From assembly GCA_021325135.1 (NCBI GenBank), contig JAJPHT010000030.1, positions 64,001 through 128,000 of the forward strand: 64,000 nucleotides of DNA, read 5' to 3'. The translations under genes and the position numbers were made by a program. This document shows, piece after piece, positions 1 through 10,100 of the stretch. Within the stretch, counting starts at the first letter, position 1. Each line of letters starts with the position of its first letter. The DNA comes from Pseudomonadota bacterium. Its GTDB lineage: Archaea; Thermoplasmatota; SW-10-69-26; JACQPN01; JAJPHT01. The notes under the pieces were generated by a model. That model did no database searches. It saw nothing but the letters and a program-made list of their open reading frames with translations, and was not told where the DNA came from.

Positions 1-1412
1 TCCCCGTTGACGGGGAACGGGTTGACGGGGACGGTCTCGGTTGTGACAGGCGTGCCGTCCTCGAAGAGGCCCGTGATCGTCGCCGTCGGAGCGGGGTTGC
101 CGAACGCATCGCGGACGGTGACGGAGAGCTCGGAGACGCGGCCGGCGTGGATCGAGTTGGGGTTGGACTCCGCGAGGGCGCCATTTGCGGTGGGAACGGC
201 GAGCGTGCGCGCCCCCACACCGGGCCACGTCACGGCGAAGGACACTTGTCCAGCGCCCGAGGGCACGAGGCCCGAGACCGTCGCGACGCCCGTGGACGGG
301 TCGTAGGAGGCGCTCCCGGCCGAGAGGAGCACGCCGGAGACCACGACATCGTGGGCGGCGTAGTCCGTGATCTCCTGCGCGGTGGGAGGCCGGCCGGTGG
401 CGGCGTTGAGGCACGCGGAGGGCCCGCCCGTCTCACAGAGAGGATGAGCAGAACCCGCGTCGTCCGCGATGGCGAGCGTCATCGTCTGCGTCTGGAGCGC
501 GCCGTTCGCGGAGGGGAGGACGGGGATGGAGGAGATGCCGTTGCCCGACACGTCGTGCAGGGAGAGGGCGAAGGGAGGGAGCGTGACGGTGAAGTTGGCC
601 TGCCCTTGGACATCGGGGATGCCGTCGCCCGTGACGTCGGCCAGGACGGTGAACTCGTAGGTCCCGACTGGGGGTGTTCCGGTTTGGAAGGACGCGAAGG
701 AACCGTGTGCGTCAGTAGTCACGCCATCGGGCACGCCGCTCCCAGGTGGGGCGTGGATTGTCGCGCCCGCCACAGGGGCGCCGGTCTGGTCGAGGGCCGT
801 GAGCACCTCGGAGAAGCCACCTGTCGAGGAGTAGGTCGCCGTGGAAGGGCTCAGGTGGACCTCGATCTCGGCGTGGGGCGAGATGAGGATCATCGCCGCC
901 TGGGTGCCAGCGTCCGCATCCAGGACGGTCCAGACGCCGGCCTTGTTGAAGCGCACGTTGGGGAACGTGGCGTTCGCAAAGGCAGTGGGCGTGGCGCAAT
1001 CGTTGGGATAGACTGCGTCGCCGCAGTGCTCGGTGTCGTTGTAGGCCTGCCGCGTCGAGCCGACGTTGGTCCCCTGGGGGTCCACGAGCTGCAGACGGTG
1101 GGCCACGCCGCCGAGGTCCAAGCCGGCCGCATCGAGGGCCGTGAAGGTGAGGTCGTAGGTCTGGTTGTAGTCGATCGTCCCGTTCTCGGGATAGACAACG
1201 GGGGAGATCGAGTCGGAGGTCCGGAAGTGGACGACGCGGATGGAGTTGCCCACGGTGAGGACGTTGGCCGGGTCCTTCACGTTCCGGGCCCCGCTGGTGC
1301 TGTCGTCTGCAACGGAGTCGGCGCCCGCCCAAGACGTCAAGAGGCTCGGAGCGAGACAGAGAAGCGTGACGAGGAGGGCAATCGGCATTGTCGATCGCGT
1401 GGTCGGACGCAC
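1..1412 (-). CDS. Large secreted surface protein with Ig-like/carboxypeptidase-regulatory-like segments (3' part runs off the left edge)
   Basis: Not in the ORF track because it has no stop in the window. Manual translation: (MRPTTRST)MPIALLVTLLCLAPSLLTSWAGA-DSVADDSTSGARNVKDPANVLTVGNSIRVVHF...TGAPVAGATIHAPPGSGVPDGVTTDAHGSF...DVTGDGIPDVQG. Signal peptide present, GC3-rich codons. Start is GTG 1412 or ATG 1388. Confidence 0.8.
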   Translation of the reverse strand, partial: MRPTTRSTMPIALLVTLLCLAPSLLTSWAGADSVADDSTSGARNVKDPANVLTVGNSIRVVHFRTSDSISPVVYPENGTIDYNQTYDLTFTALDAAGLDLGGVAHRLQLVDPQGTNVGSTRQAYNDTEHCGDAVYPNDCATPTAFANATFPNVRFNKAGVWTVLDADAGTQAAMILISPHAEIEVHLSPSTATYSSTGGFSEVLTALDQTGAPVAGATIHAPPGSGVPDGVTTDAHGSFASFQTGTPPVGTYEFTVLADVTGDGIPDVQGQANFTVTLPPFALSLHDVSGNGISSIPVLPSANGALQTQTMTLAIADDAGSAHPLCETGGPSACLNAATGRPPTAQEITDYAAHDVVVSGVLLSAGSASYDPSTGVATVSGLVPSGAGQVSFAVTWPGVGARTLAVPTANGALAESNPNSIHAGRVSELSVTVRDAFGNPAPTATITGLFEDGTPVTTETVPVNPFPVNG

Positions 1413-1562
1413 GCCCCGCACCCGGGAAGAGGGTTCAAAAGGCTTCTCCTAAACTCCTGCGCGTAACGCCCCCATTTTGTGTAGGATTCTTGTCAATTTC
1501 CCCGCCGAGCCGGCCTAACCCGCAGACCCGCCAATCCATGTCACTCACGAGGGGCCAAGGCA

Positions 1563-1571
1563 GGATTTAAG
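1563..1571 (+). promoter_or_regulatory. Possible archaeal TATA box (TTTAAG) for the 1612 gene
   Basis: GGATTTAAG is a short AT-rich hexamer about 45 bp upstream of the TTG start, in the divergent intergenic region. Confidence 0.3.
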
Positions 1572-1611
1572 GCGCATCGTCTCCTCGGCCGTTCCGGGAG
1601 GCCATCCCAAC

Positions 1612-2583
1612 TTGCGCCCAGCGGTCCTCATCCTCGTTAGCCTCTTCCTCGTCAATCTCCTCCCTCTCGCCGCGGCCCAAGACGATGCCGGCACGGGCGC
1701 CGACGCCCCCGACAACCGAGCGAACGCGCTTTCATTCAACGGGACTGACCTCACGGGGACTCTGGACGACCCCAACGGTGATAGCGCCGACTGGTACCTC
1801 ATGACCGGCCTCCCCGCTCATCAAGGACTCAGCGTGGACCTCCAAACAACTGGCCTCTGGGGAATCGCAATTACGCTCTTGGACCAGAACGGCAACCCCT
1901 TCCTTCACGACCAAAACGGCCAGCTCATCAGCGGATATTACACCGACAACTTCGGTGGTGCTCCAGCACGCTACCACTTCGACATCATCCCCTCCCCCGG
2001 CGCCTTCTACCTCGGCATCACGCGCAACTTCTGGTCGAACCAAGGCACCTACGAGTTCAACTTCACCACCGTCGCGCTCGCCGACTTGGCCGTCGATTCC
2101 ATCACCATCACCCCCGTGACCATCCAGTCCGATCTTGGCCCTCTCCCGGCCTCGGTCGAGCGGATCGTGAACGTCACCGTCGAGAACCATGGCGCCGCCG
2201 ATGCCCCCAGCGTGGTGGACGTCTGGGTCAACCCCGCCAACGACCCCAGCGGCTCTCGCCGCCACGTCGGCACCATCAGCCTGACCATCCCCGCGGGCCA
2301 GAGCCGGACGGTCTTGCTCGAGTGGCAAACCACGGGCGAGCTTGGCGACATGGACGTCCACGCCCACGCCTCGACGCATTGGGAGGCCAACTTGGGCGAC
2401 AACGAGCTCGTCACGCGCCAGTTCGTCCTCGTGGGCCAACTGGGACAAGGCGTTGACCTGCTCAACCACAACGTGGACGCGGACGGCGTCGCAAGCGCTG
2501 GCACCAGCTACGGCCGCGGCACGGGCGCCGGCATCACCCTCCCGCTCCTCGGAACGACCAGCGTGGGCCAATACGACCCGTGA
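1612..2583 (+). CDS. Secreted protein: DDAGTGADAPD motif, PPC-like beta-sandwich and CARDB (Ig-like) domain
   Basis: Signal peptide MRPAVLILVSLFLVNLLPLAAA; GTLD..GDSADWY (PPC-like); ADLAVDSIT...VTVENHG...LTIPAGQSRTV..W...NLGDN (CARDB-like). Confidence 0.8.
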   Translation: MRPAVLILVSLFLVNLLPLAAAQDDAGTGADAPDNRANALSFNGTDLTGTLDDPNGDSADWYLMTGLPAHQGLSVDLQTTGLWGIAITLLDQNGNPFLHDQNGQLISGYYTDNFGGAPARYHFDIIPSPGAFYLGITRNFWSNQGTYEFNFTTVALADLAVDSITITPVTIQSDLGPLPASVERIVNVTVENHGAADAPSVVDVWVNPANDPSGSRRHVGTISLTIPAGQSRTVLLEWQTTGELGDMDVHAHASTHWEANLGDNELVTRQFVLVGQLGQGVDLLNHNVDADGVASAGTSYGRGTGAGITLPLLGTTSVGQYDP

Positions 2584-2587
2584 GACT

Positions 2588-5239
2588 ATGCGCGCCCCCC
2601 TCCCCGTCTTCCTCGCCCTCTTCCTGCTCGTCCCCAGCGCCCACGCCGAGGCACCCGGCCAGGACGACAACGCAACCGGCGCGGATGCTCCCGACGACGC
2701 AACCCACGCCATCGCGATCCCCTTCGCGGACATCGCCGGCACGCTGGATCCCGCCAACGGCGACCACGCGGACTGGTACGCATTCAACGTCACGCCCGGC
2801 AAGGTCCTCCAGTGGACCTACCACACCACGATTCCCCGCTCCTACGTCTACATCCTCGACGACGCGGGCCGCACGATCACGGCCCACGACATGTGGAACT
2901 GGGACAGCGTCTTCGGCGGCCCCGCCAACGCGACCTTCTACCCTGTGAACACGCTCCTGGGCAACGTGACTCACGTCCGCCTCGGCATCGCCGAACACGA
3001 CGGCGGAGGCGACTACTGGATGGAACTCGCCCTGCTCGATCCCGCCGACGTCAGCCTCGACACCCTGACGGTCGCGCCGGCGGCGGGCCCCACGGATCCG
3101 CAAGCGCCCACCAGCCTGCACCACACGATCCTCGTCAACCTCTCCAACCAGGACCAGGGCGCGACCGTGGCCCGAGTCCACGTGACCGTCATCGCGACCG
3201 CGACGGGCGGCACGCGCGACTTGGGCACCCAAGCCGTCGGGCTCAACGGGGGGCAGCGGGCGGTCTTGACCTACGACTGGAATGGCCTGGGCGAAGCGGG
3301 CGAAATGCGCATCGACGCCACCGCCACCTCAAGCTGGATCGAGACCCGCAGCGACAACAACGCCATCACCACGACCAGCAGCGTCCTCGTCAACCACACC
3401 GGCTTCGGCCTGGATGTCTTGAACGGGGGCGCAGGCAACTCCCTCCTGGGCGTTGGGTGGAGCTCGAATGGCCACTCGAGCGTCGGCGTCTGCGCCGGCC
3501 TCGTCGTGACCGGCGCGTGCGAAGGCGCCACCGATCCCATCCAGCCCGGCATCAGTCCCACCGGAGATGCGGAGGGAGACAAGCTGGCCATCAGCGGGAC
3601 TGGCCACGCCCATTCTGACTCCGGCCTCGCCGTGAGCGGAACGGGCGACTCGGACGGACCCGTCGCCGTCTCCGGAACGGGCACCAGCAACGGAAGCCTC
3701 GTGGCGGCCGGAGCAACCGGCACAAGCAACGGCTGGGCCCTCGCCGTGAACCCCTTGGGCAACGCGACGTGCACCGTGGGCTTCCTGTGCATCGCGGCCA
3801 CCGCCACGGGCGAAGCCAACGGATGGCTCCCCCTCGGCGTGACCGGGACATGCAACGGTGGGCCCTGCAACGACGTCGAGACCACCCAGAACGCCCAAGC
3901 CAACTCCATCGCCGTCAGCGGCACGGGCCAGAGCCAAGCCCCCATCGCCACCAGCGGGACCGGCCCGAGTACAGGCAACTTCGCCACCAGCCTCACGGGC
4001 CCCGCGGAGGGCAACGACACCGCGCTCAGCGGCACGGGCGACGCCACCACAACGTGGAACGCGCTCAGCCTCGCCGCAAGCGGAATGGGGAACGCCACGG
4101 GGGGTTCCGCCCTCGCGCCCGTGGGCAATGCGCGCTGCTTCGGCTTGGACTGCGCCGCGGTGAGTCTCACCGGCGATGCCGACGCCTCCTGCGACGCGGC
4201 CCTCGTCGAAGAGTGCGTCGCAATCAGCGGCACCGGCCAGGCGCACTGCGAATCCGGCAACGCGGGGGATCAGTGCACAGCCGTGCGCATCGCGGACCTC
4301 ATTCCATCCCCCGACGTTGCAATCAGCCCAACCGGCGACGCCAACGGAGGCGACCTCGCGATCAGCGGCACCGGCAACGCCCACACCGACCACGGAACCA
4401 GCCTGAGCGGAACCGGCAACGCCAGCAACGGAGGCGACCAGGACGACTCGTGCGCACACCCCGGCGCGGTCTCGTGCATCGCCCTGAGCGCCGCCGGCGA
4501 CGCCTCGAACGGCGGCAACGGAGCCCGCGCGTGCGAAACCCAAAGCTCTGCCTCGGTCGGTTGCGTGGCGCTCAGCGGGGCGGGAAGGAGTACGAATGGG
4601 GGAGACGGCGAGGAATCGTGCCTCACCAACGGCGTCCTCACCGACGACATCAACCTCAACTGCATCGCGATTTCCTTGCTAGGAGACGCCTCGAACGGGG
4701 GAGACGGAACCTACAGCTGCGCGACGGTGCTCGCAGCCAACCCAAATTGCATAGCCATATCCGCCTTCGGCACCGCGCGCAATGGCGGTGAAGGAGGCGG
4801 CTCCTGTGAGGTCATCTTGGGCATCGGCTCCACGACCTGCACGGCAGCCAGCCTCACCGGCAACGCCTCCAACGGTGGCGATGGCGCAGGCTCCTGCGCG
4901 CAAGGACTCGGCTACGCGTCCCTCAGTTGCGTCGCAATCTCCGTCATCGGGGACGCCTCCAACGGTGGAGCTGGCCAGGAAAGTTGCGAGAGCAGCGTCG
5001 AGACCGCCTCCGTGAACTGCGTTGCGATCAGTCCGGCGGGCCGCGCTGCCAACGCCGGAGGGGGCCCGCTCGCCTGCAGACAGTTCGACGCAACTGCATC
5101 GGCCAACTGTATCATGGTCGGTTCACCCGCCCCGCCAGCCTCCCACGGCTTCTTGCAAGGTGGAGAGGAGCGCGAGTCGGGATCCAACTTCATGCGCACA
5201 GTCGTGGCCTGGCTCATCCACGCGATCTCGTCACGATAA
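2588..5239 (+). CDS. Secreted paralog of the 1612 protein with added Gly/Ser/Thr-rich AxSGTG repeats and eight Cys-paired repeats
   Basis: True start is ATG 2588 (MRAPLPVFLALFLLVPSAHA), 4 bp after the previous stop. Shares DDxxxGADAPD, GTLD..GDHADWY and CARDB with the upstream gene. C-terminal half is repetitive. Confidence 0.8.
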   Translation: MRAPLPVFLALFLLVPSAHAEAPGQDDNATGADAPDDATHAIAIPFADIAGTLDPANGDHADWYAFNVTPGKVLQWTYHTTIPRSYVYILDDAGRTITAHDMWNWDSVFGGPANATFYPVNTLLGNVTHVRLGIAEHDGGGDYWMELALLDPADVSLDTLTVAPAAGPTDPQAPTSLHHTILVNLSNQDQGATVARVHVTVIATATGGTRDLGTQAVGLNGGQRAVLTYDWNGLGEAGEMRIDATATSSWIETRSDNNAITTTSSVLVNHTGFGLDVLNGGAGNSLLGVGWSSNGHSSVGVCAGLVVTGACEGATDPIQPGISPTGDAEGDKLAISGTGHAHSDSGLAVSGTGDSDGPVAVSGTGTSNGSLVAAGATGTSNGWALAVNPLGNATCTVGFLCIAATATGEANGWLPLGVTGTCNGGPCNDVETTQNAQANSIAVSGTGQSQAPIATSGTGPSTGNFATSLTGPAEGNDTALSGTGDATTTWNALSLAASGMGNATGGSALAPVGNARCFGLDCAAVSLTGDADASCDAALVEECVAISGTGQAHCESGNAGDQCTAVRIADLIPSPDVAISPTGDANGGDLAISGTGNAHTDHGTSLSGTGNASNGGDQDDSCAHPGAVSCIALSAAGDASNGGNGARACETQSSASVGCVALSGAGRSTNGGDGEESCLTNGVLTDDINLNCIAISLLGDASNGGDGTYSCATVLAANPNCIAISAFGTARNGGEGGGSCEVILGIGSTTCTAASLTGNASNGGDGAGSCAQGLGYASLSCVAISVIGDASNGGAGQESCESSVETASVNCVAISPAGRAANAGGGPLACRQFDATASANCIMVGSPAPPASHGFLQGGEERESGSNFMRTVVAWLIHAISSR
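4421..5125 (+). repeat. Eight tandem 27-33 aa repeats, ASNGGxGxxSC-x(7-13)-C[IV]A[IL]Sxx Gx
   Basis: Counted directly in the translation, e.g. ASNGGDGTYSCATVLAANPNCIAISAFGT and ASNGGDGAGSCAQGLGYASLSCVAISVIGD. Confidence 0.9.
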
Positions 5240-5262
5240 GCCCGCAATCGTGGTGCAGGACT

Positions 5263-5763
5263 ATGTTTGCAACCAGCAGCGCGGATCTCGCATTCAACGT
5301 GGATCTTGAGTTCCGGGACTACCTCGCGTTCTACCTTTACGGCTTCCGGCGGATCATGATGTTCCTCGGGCCACCAACGGCGGGGTTGGCCCTCGCGTAC
5401 GTGATCGCACCACAGAAGTACCCCACATTGGGCATCATCGTCCCGTTGGCCTTGCTCTGCATCGGCCTCATTGTCGTCGGGATATTCCGGGACGCGTGGC
5501 AGCAGAGCAAGAAACCGAGTCATGAGAGGATGTTCACGATGGAAACGACCGCCGAAGGGTTCACCATCCGCACGGGCGGCCGATCTGAATCTTTCACATG
5601 GGACGGCTTGTGGAGAAACGTCGAACTGCGGGGACATTTCTTGTTCTTCGCCACACGCCGCATCATCTTCATTGTGCCAAAAAGAAGCCTGGGCGGGGAA
5701 AGAGTGGTGGAGATGCTCAGGGCGCGCTCCAACCCAAAGGCAAGAGAGCGGCGCACGGAATAG
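5263..5763 (+). CDS. YcxB-like membrane protein (2 TM plus C-terminal PH-like domain)
   Basis: Start ATG 5263 (MFATSSADLAF). Two TM helices, then TAEGFTIRTGGRSESFTWDGL..VEL.GHFLFF....IFIVPKRSL, the typical YcxB pattern. Confidence 0.7.
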   Translation: MFATSSADLAFNVDLEFRDYLAFYLYGFRRIMMFLGPPTAGLALAYVIAPQKYPTLGIIVPLALLCIGLIVVGIFRDAWQQSKKPSHERMFTMETTAEGFTIRTGGRSESFTWDGLWRNVELRGHFLFFATRRIIFIVPKRSLGGERVVEMLRARSNPKARERRTE

Positions 5764-5876
5764 GAATGGCCTTCTGCCACTGAGCAGCGCGTGCCCTTGC
5801 TGCGTTTCAGCGCAGCCGCGTCTGGAGTGTTGGGTGGAGGCGTTCCTCGAACCGTACTGTGTCCACCTCGCGCGCC

Positions 5877-6560
5877 TCAGCGCGATGGATTGGCATCTTC
5901 GGTCGTCCATTCGAAGGACGCGTTGGCCTGAATCCCGCCGTGGTCGTCGCCGTACCAGCGTGCGGTGGCCAGGAAGCTGAGGTTGCCGGCGGGAAGCCAA
6001 GTCCAGGGTGCGTCGGAGCCGCCCTGCTGGACCCAGCCGGGAAAGGTGTACGTGGCCTCGTAGGTCTGGTTGGGCGCGAGCTCTCTGGCACCTGTCTCGG
6101 GCTGCGAAGCGTTGTAGTCAAAGCTGCAGGGATCCATGCATGGACGCCCCATTCCCATGGTTCCAGGTTGGGGTTGGCAAGCCGAGTTGTAGGGCACGTA
6201 GATCGTGCCGTTGGCATCGCGGATGCTCATGCCAAACGGCTGCTGGCACGGAGGCCACCAGATCGTGAGGTTCTCCCCGCCGAGATTCGTGGCCTCGGCC
6301 TGGACGGTCACATGCCCGGCCTGCTGATCGGACGCGTGAACCTGATCCACGATCTGAAGATCAAACCGAAGCGATGAGGCGGAAGGCGAATTGTTGGTGG
6401 TCGATGCGTTGAGGGAGTTCGCTCGCGTTGTGGCCGTGAGGATTGGAGTTGCAGATGGCGCGGCGCTCACTGTCGTGTTGGTCAGCGTGTGCGTCGGGCT
6501 CTCGGATGGCGAGAGGCAGCCAATCAGGAAGATCGCAAGGACAAGAGGGAACGAGCGCAT
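5877..6560 (-). CDS. Lipoprotein with BsuPI (proteinase-inhibitor)-like Ig fold
   Basis: MRSFPLVLAIFLIGC lipobox and Thr/Ser linker, then ATNLGGENLTI...FGMSIRDANG...ELAPNQTYEATYTF...LPAGN. Confidence 0.65.
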   Translation of the reverse strand: MRSFPLVLAIFLIGCLSPSESPTHTLTNTTVSAAPSATPILTATTRANSLNASTTNNSPSASSLRFDLQIVDQVHASDQQAGHVTVQAEATNLGGENLTIWWPPCQQPFGMSIRDANGTIYVPYNSACQPQPGTMGMGRPCMDPCSFDYNASQPETGARELAPNQTYEATYTFPGWVQQGGSDAPWTWLPAGNLSFLATARWYGDDHGGIQANASFEWTTEDANPSR

Positions 6561-6754
6561 CGTTGCAGGGACCGCAAATAGGTGCATAGCAGTTTCCAAG
6601 ATTGGCTGCCGCCGTCAAGGAGCAGGCCAGGAGCGACCTGTTTCCAAGACGGCGAAGGATCATCGACGCCACGGGCAGGAAGATAAGGGGTGCTCGGGCA
6701 ACCATCACGAGCAAAACCCCCCCGGGTTCTTTCGCCCGCGAGCTATCTCGAACT

Positions 6755-7186
6755 TCACTGGGGGAATATCTCGTTGAGCGTACAGACGATCTCTTGGTTT
6801 GCCGATTCTTCGCCAAGCCCCTCCTGCGTCACGCACCCTCCTGCAACATGTCCTCGTTGGATGCTGTCGCTTGTATGGAACCATCCTTGGTCGTCGGTGT
6901 AGTCGTACTCGTGGTGGACATGCCATCCGTCTGCCTGAAGGCTTGATTCAAGCTGTTGGAAGAGTTGCGACGCGTTCAACGACCGCGGGTAGGCGTACGC
7001 GACCTGGGCCGTTGCGCTGTTGTTGCTCCCCGCAGCCGCGAACATGATGAAACGATGGCCTCCCGAGGGGAAGGTGATTTTCTCGGCCTCAGCCCGAATC
7101 GCAGCGGCCCGATCGCTGATGCACCCGCTGGTCACGAGCACAGCAAGCAGGACACCGCATGCGGATCTGAGGCCGGGATTCAACAT
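6755..7186 (-). CDS. Small lipoprotein, candidate immunity protein for the upstream giant protein
   Basis: MLNPGLRSACGVLLAVLVTSGC lipobox; starts 3 bp after the stop of 7190..18073. Confidence 0.7.
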   Translation of the reverse strand: MLNPGLRSACGVLLAVLVTSGCISDRAAAIRAEAEKITFPSGGHRFIMFAAAGSNNSATAQVAYAYPRSLNASQLFQQLESSLQADGWHVHHEYDYTDDQGWFHTSDSIQRGHVAGGCVTQEGLGEESANQEIVCTLNEIFPQ

Positions 7187-7189
7187 GGC

Positions 7190-10100
7190 TTAGCACCCGA
7201 ACGTGATGGCCAAGGGTTCCAGTTCGATATATACCTCCACGACGCTGTTCTGAACCGCTACCATGGGAAGGTAGGCAGACCGCGTTGCCGGGTGCCCCGC
7301 ATTCCAGGCCTTGATTGTGTCCTCCGCGCTCTTGAGTTCCTTGGGAACGTTGAGCACTTGGTCCGTGTCGAGTGGACTTCCGACCACCAAGGCGCCGAGG
7401 TCGTTCCAGGCTCCATTGGAACTGGAGATTGTGACCGTGTTAAGGTTGTTAGATGCGACAGGCGCCATCGACCCGACCGTGTTGCACCTCTTCGACAGGT
7501 TGGACGGATCTTCCCAGTACCAAGGCGGTGCGTATGCACATGGCCTGGCGTTGCCTTGGGCGGCGTTCATCGCAAGCATGGCGATGGTGAGCTCGTACTG
7601 CTGTTGGAGCTTGTTGTTCGCCCAGTCGCAGACCTTGCCCGGGATGATCGTGTAGTCGCAGACGGAACGCACCACGGCGTCGTTCAACGCCTGGGGAAGC
7701 TCGGGCATGGGGAACCTGGTGACCTCTGCATTACCGCTCTTGCCGTCCAAGATATGGACGAATGATTGAGGCTCGATCTTCCCGTGGTCCACGATCTTGA
7801 GCATCAACGCCCACATGGTCGCCGCGCCGAGAAGCTGGATGATCTGGTCCACGCTGGCCGGGTCGTTGGTCGGGGTGCGGTCCTCGTAGGTGATGCGGGC
7901 GGGGTCGCAGCTAGTGGGGTCGAGCTGCAGATGCCAGCGGTCGATGAACTTCCCGGCGTAGTCCACGTACATCAGGACGCCGGTGAAGGCGTCGAGTTGG
8001 AAGACGTACTTGGTGCCTTGGAGCTCTGTGCGCAGCTTGGACTGCACGTCCGAGATGGCGTTGTAGCCTCCGGTCGTGAAGGCCGAACTGTAGGCCGCCA
8101 CAATGCCGTTCGCGTCGCTGGTCGCGTACGCACCGGCGGCGGGGCCGGCGAGCAGGCGCAGGGCGCTGGAGCACCCCAAGCTTCCCGCGGCGATGTTGAA
8201 GTCGCTGAAGGGGAAGTCCTGGACGATGCCGCGGGTGTAACGTGGATCATACGGGTTGTACACGTCGCGGACGACTTGCGTGGTGCCTTGTTGGGGCGTA
8301 TGCTGGTAGGTCTGAGCCACGATGGTCCCGATGCCCACGGTCACGATGCCCCCGGCGACGAGCGCGAGCGCGCACCAGCCCTCGGTGATGGCGACGCAGA
8401 CGGCGTCCGCCGTGGGCGAGATGGTCGCGACGGAGCCAGCGAAGGTGGTGGCGATGACAATCCCAGTTTCGCTCCACTCGCGCAGGCTGGTCTGGATCGT
8501 CTGCGGGTGCTGCTGCGCGTTGTAGGTGAGGATGACCTCGGCGTTGTTGCGCAGCGAGTCGTTCACCTCCAGGCGGACGCTGGAGACTGCGCCCAGGTCA
8601 CTGGGGAAGTCCCACTGCCACGTGTTCCCATCCTGGTTGGAGGGAACGAGCTCGCGGCTGTTGCCGGAGCTTCCAGTGAAGACGAGGCGCGCATCTGAGA
8701 TCCCGTACCGGCTGGTCAGGTGAGCCTGCAGCGAGGTAGGCCAGCCGGAGGTCGTCTTGGGTCCGAGCACGTCGATGGAGGGGGGCGCGTCCGAGGTGAA
8801 GGGCCGCGTGTCGAAGGCGTTGAGGAACCCGTCGTTGTCCGGGTCTCTTGAGAGTGGGTCCACGCCGGCCACGTTGAGCGCGGCTCCATCGGTGAGTCCG
8901 TCGCCGTCGCTGTCGCCGAGCATGTACTGCGTGTGGCCCGATGCGAGCAGGAAGTACCCGTACTGGTTGACGCTGCCGCTGCCGAGGGTCGTCACGGTCA
9001 GCGTGAAGGTCTGGGGCGTGTCGAGCTTCTTCGCGTTGAAGCCGGCCTGCACGAGGTTCGTCAAGAGCACGAGCGAGCTTCCGTCGGAGAGGCCCGCGGT
9101 GCCAGTGCCGAAGCCGCTGCATGTGCCGTTCATGAGCGTCGTGCTCCAGTCCGTCGTGTTGAGCACGACGCGCACGTTGCAGGTGCCGCTGAGCTTGACG
9201 GCCGCGTACACGCTCTCGGGGAACGAAGCTTGCAGGCCCCACTGGTGGCTGATGAGCTGGCTGTTGCCGGGCACGATGCCAGTCCCGTCGGGGCTGCGCC
9301 AGATCGTCATGACGGTGGTGTTGCGCTCGACGGAATCGGGGATGCCGTCGTTGTCGCGGTCCGTGCCGACCGTGAGCTGGTTGATGAACCAGCCGCGGTA
9401 GTTGTTGGCCTGGCCATCGCCGGTGGCGAACTCGAAGCGGACGCGGACGGTCTGGTTTTGCCACTGGCGCAGGCTGATGGAGACGGGCCACCACTGGTGG
9501 TTGCCGTGGTAGGGCGCGCTGAGCGTGTCCACCTGGGTTTCGTGCCCGTCTGGGCCGATGACGTAGACCTTCTTCGTGTCGTTCTGGGTGCCGTTGTCCT
9601 GCGTTTCGAAGTACGTCCAGAATGTCAGCGCTGGGTTCTGCGCAAGTTCGAGGTGCATGGGCGGCGTGATGACGCTGCCGTGCGCCTCGTTCGTGCCGTT
9701 GGCGTACGTTCCGGTGGCGTTGTCGCCGAACCAGAGGCTGACGCTGGGCTCGGTGTTGATGCCGGTGGGCCAGTCGGGCGCATCGCGCAGGCCCGGCGCG
9801 TTGGGCGTGTTCACGGTGTGCCAGAAGGGCCCCTGCGAGGTCGCGGACTTGCCGGTCTCCACGCGCGTCCATTCCGGGGAAGGCAGTCCGTTGGCGGTGC
9901 TGTCGTATTTGATGGTGGCGCTCATGGCGACGATGCGGTACACGGGTCCGACGCTGGCCTGCGTTGTGCTCTGTTCAGGGCCCGTGCCGTCCGTGTACAC
10001 GTACTTGTAGCTGTGCGTTCCGGGGTCAAGTGTCGTGTTGTATGCGTACACCACGCCGCACGTGTAGACGCAGGGCGAAATCGGCGTCATGACGTGCCGG

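Noticed and set aside
1340-1390. Apparent frameshift in the signal peptide of the first gene
   Set aside because: Careful re-reading gives a continuous frame (VTLLCLAPSLLTSWAGA).
2342-2587. N-terminal extensions in the ORF track (also 4927, 21009, 28086, 28916, 29623, 30485, 38677)
   Set aside because: They overlap upstream genes or are low-information. Downstream starts with a signal peptide, RBS or ATGA coupling fit better.
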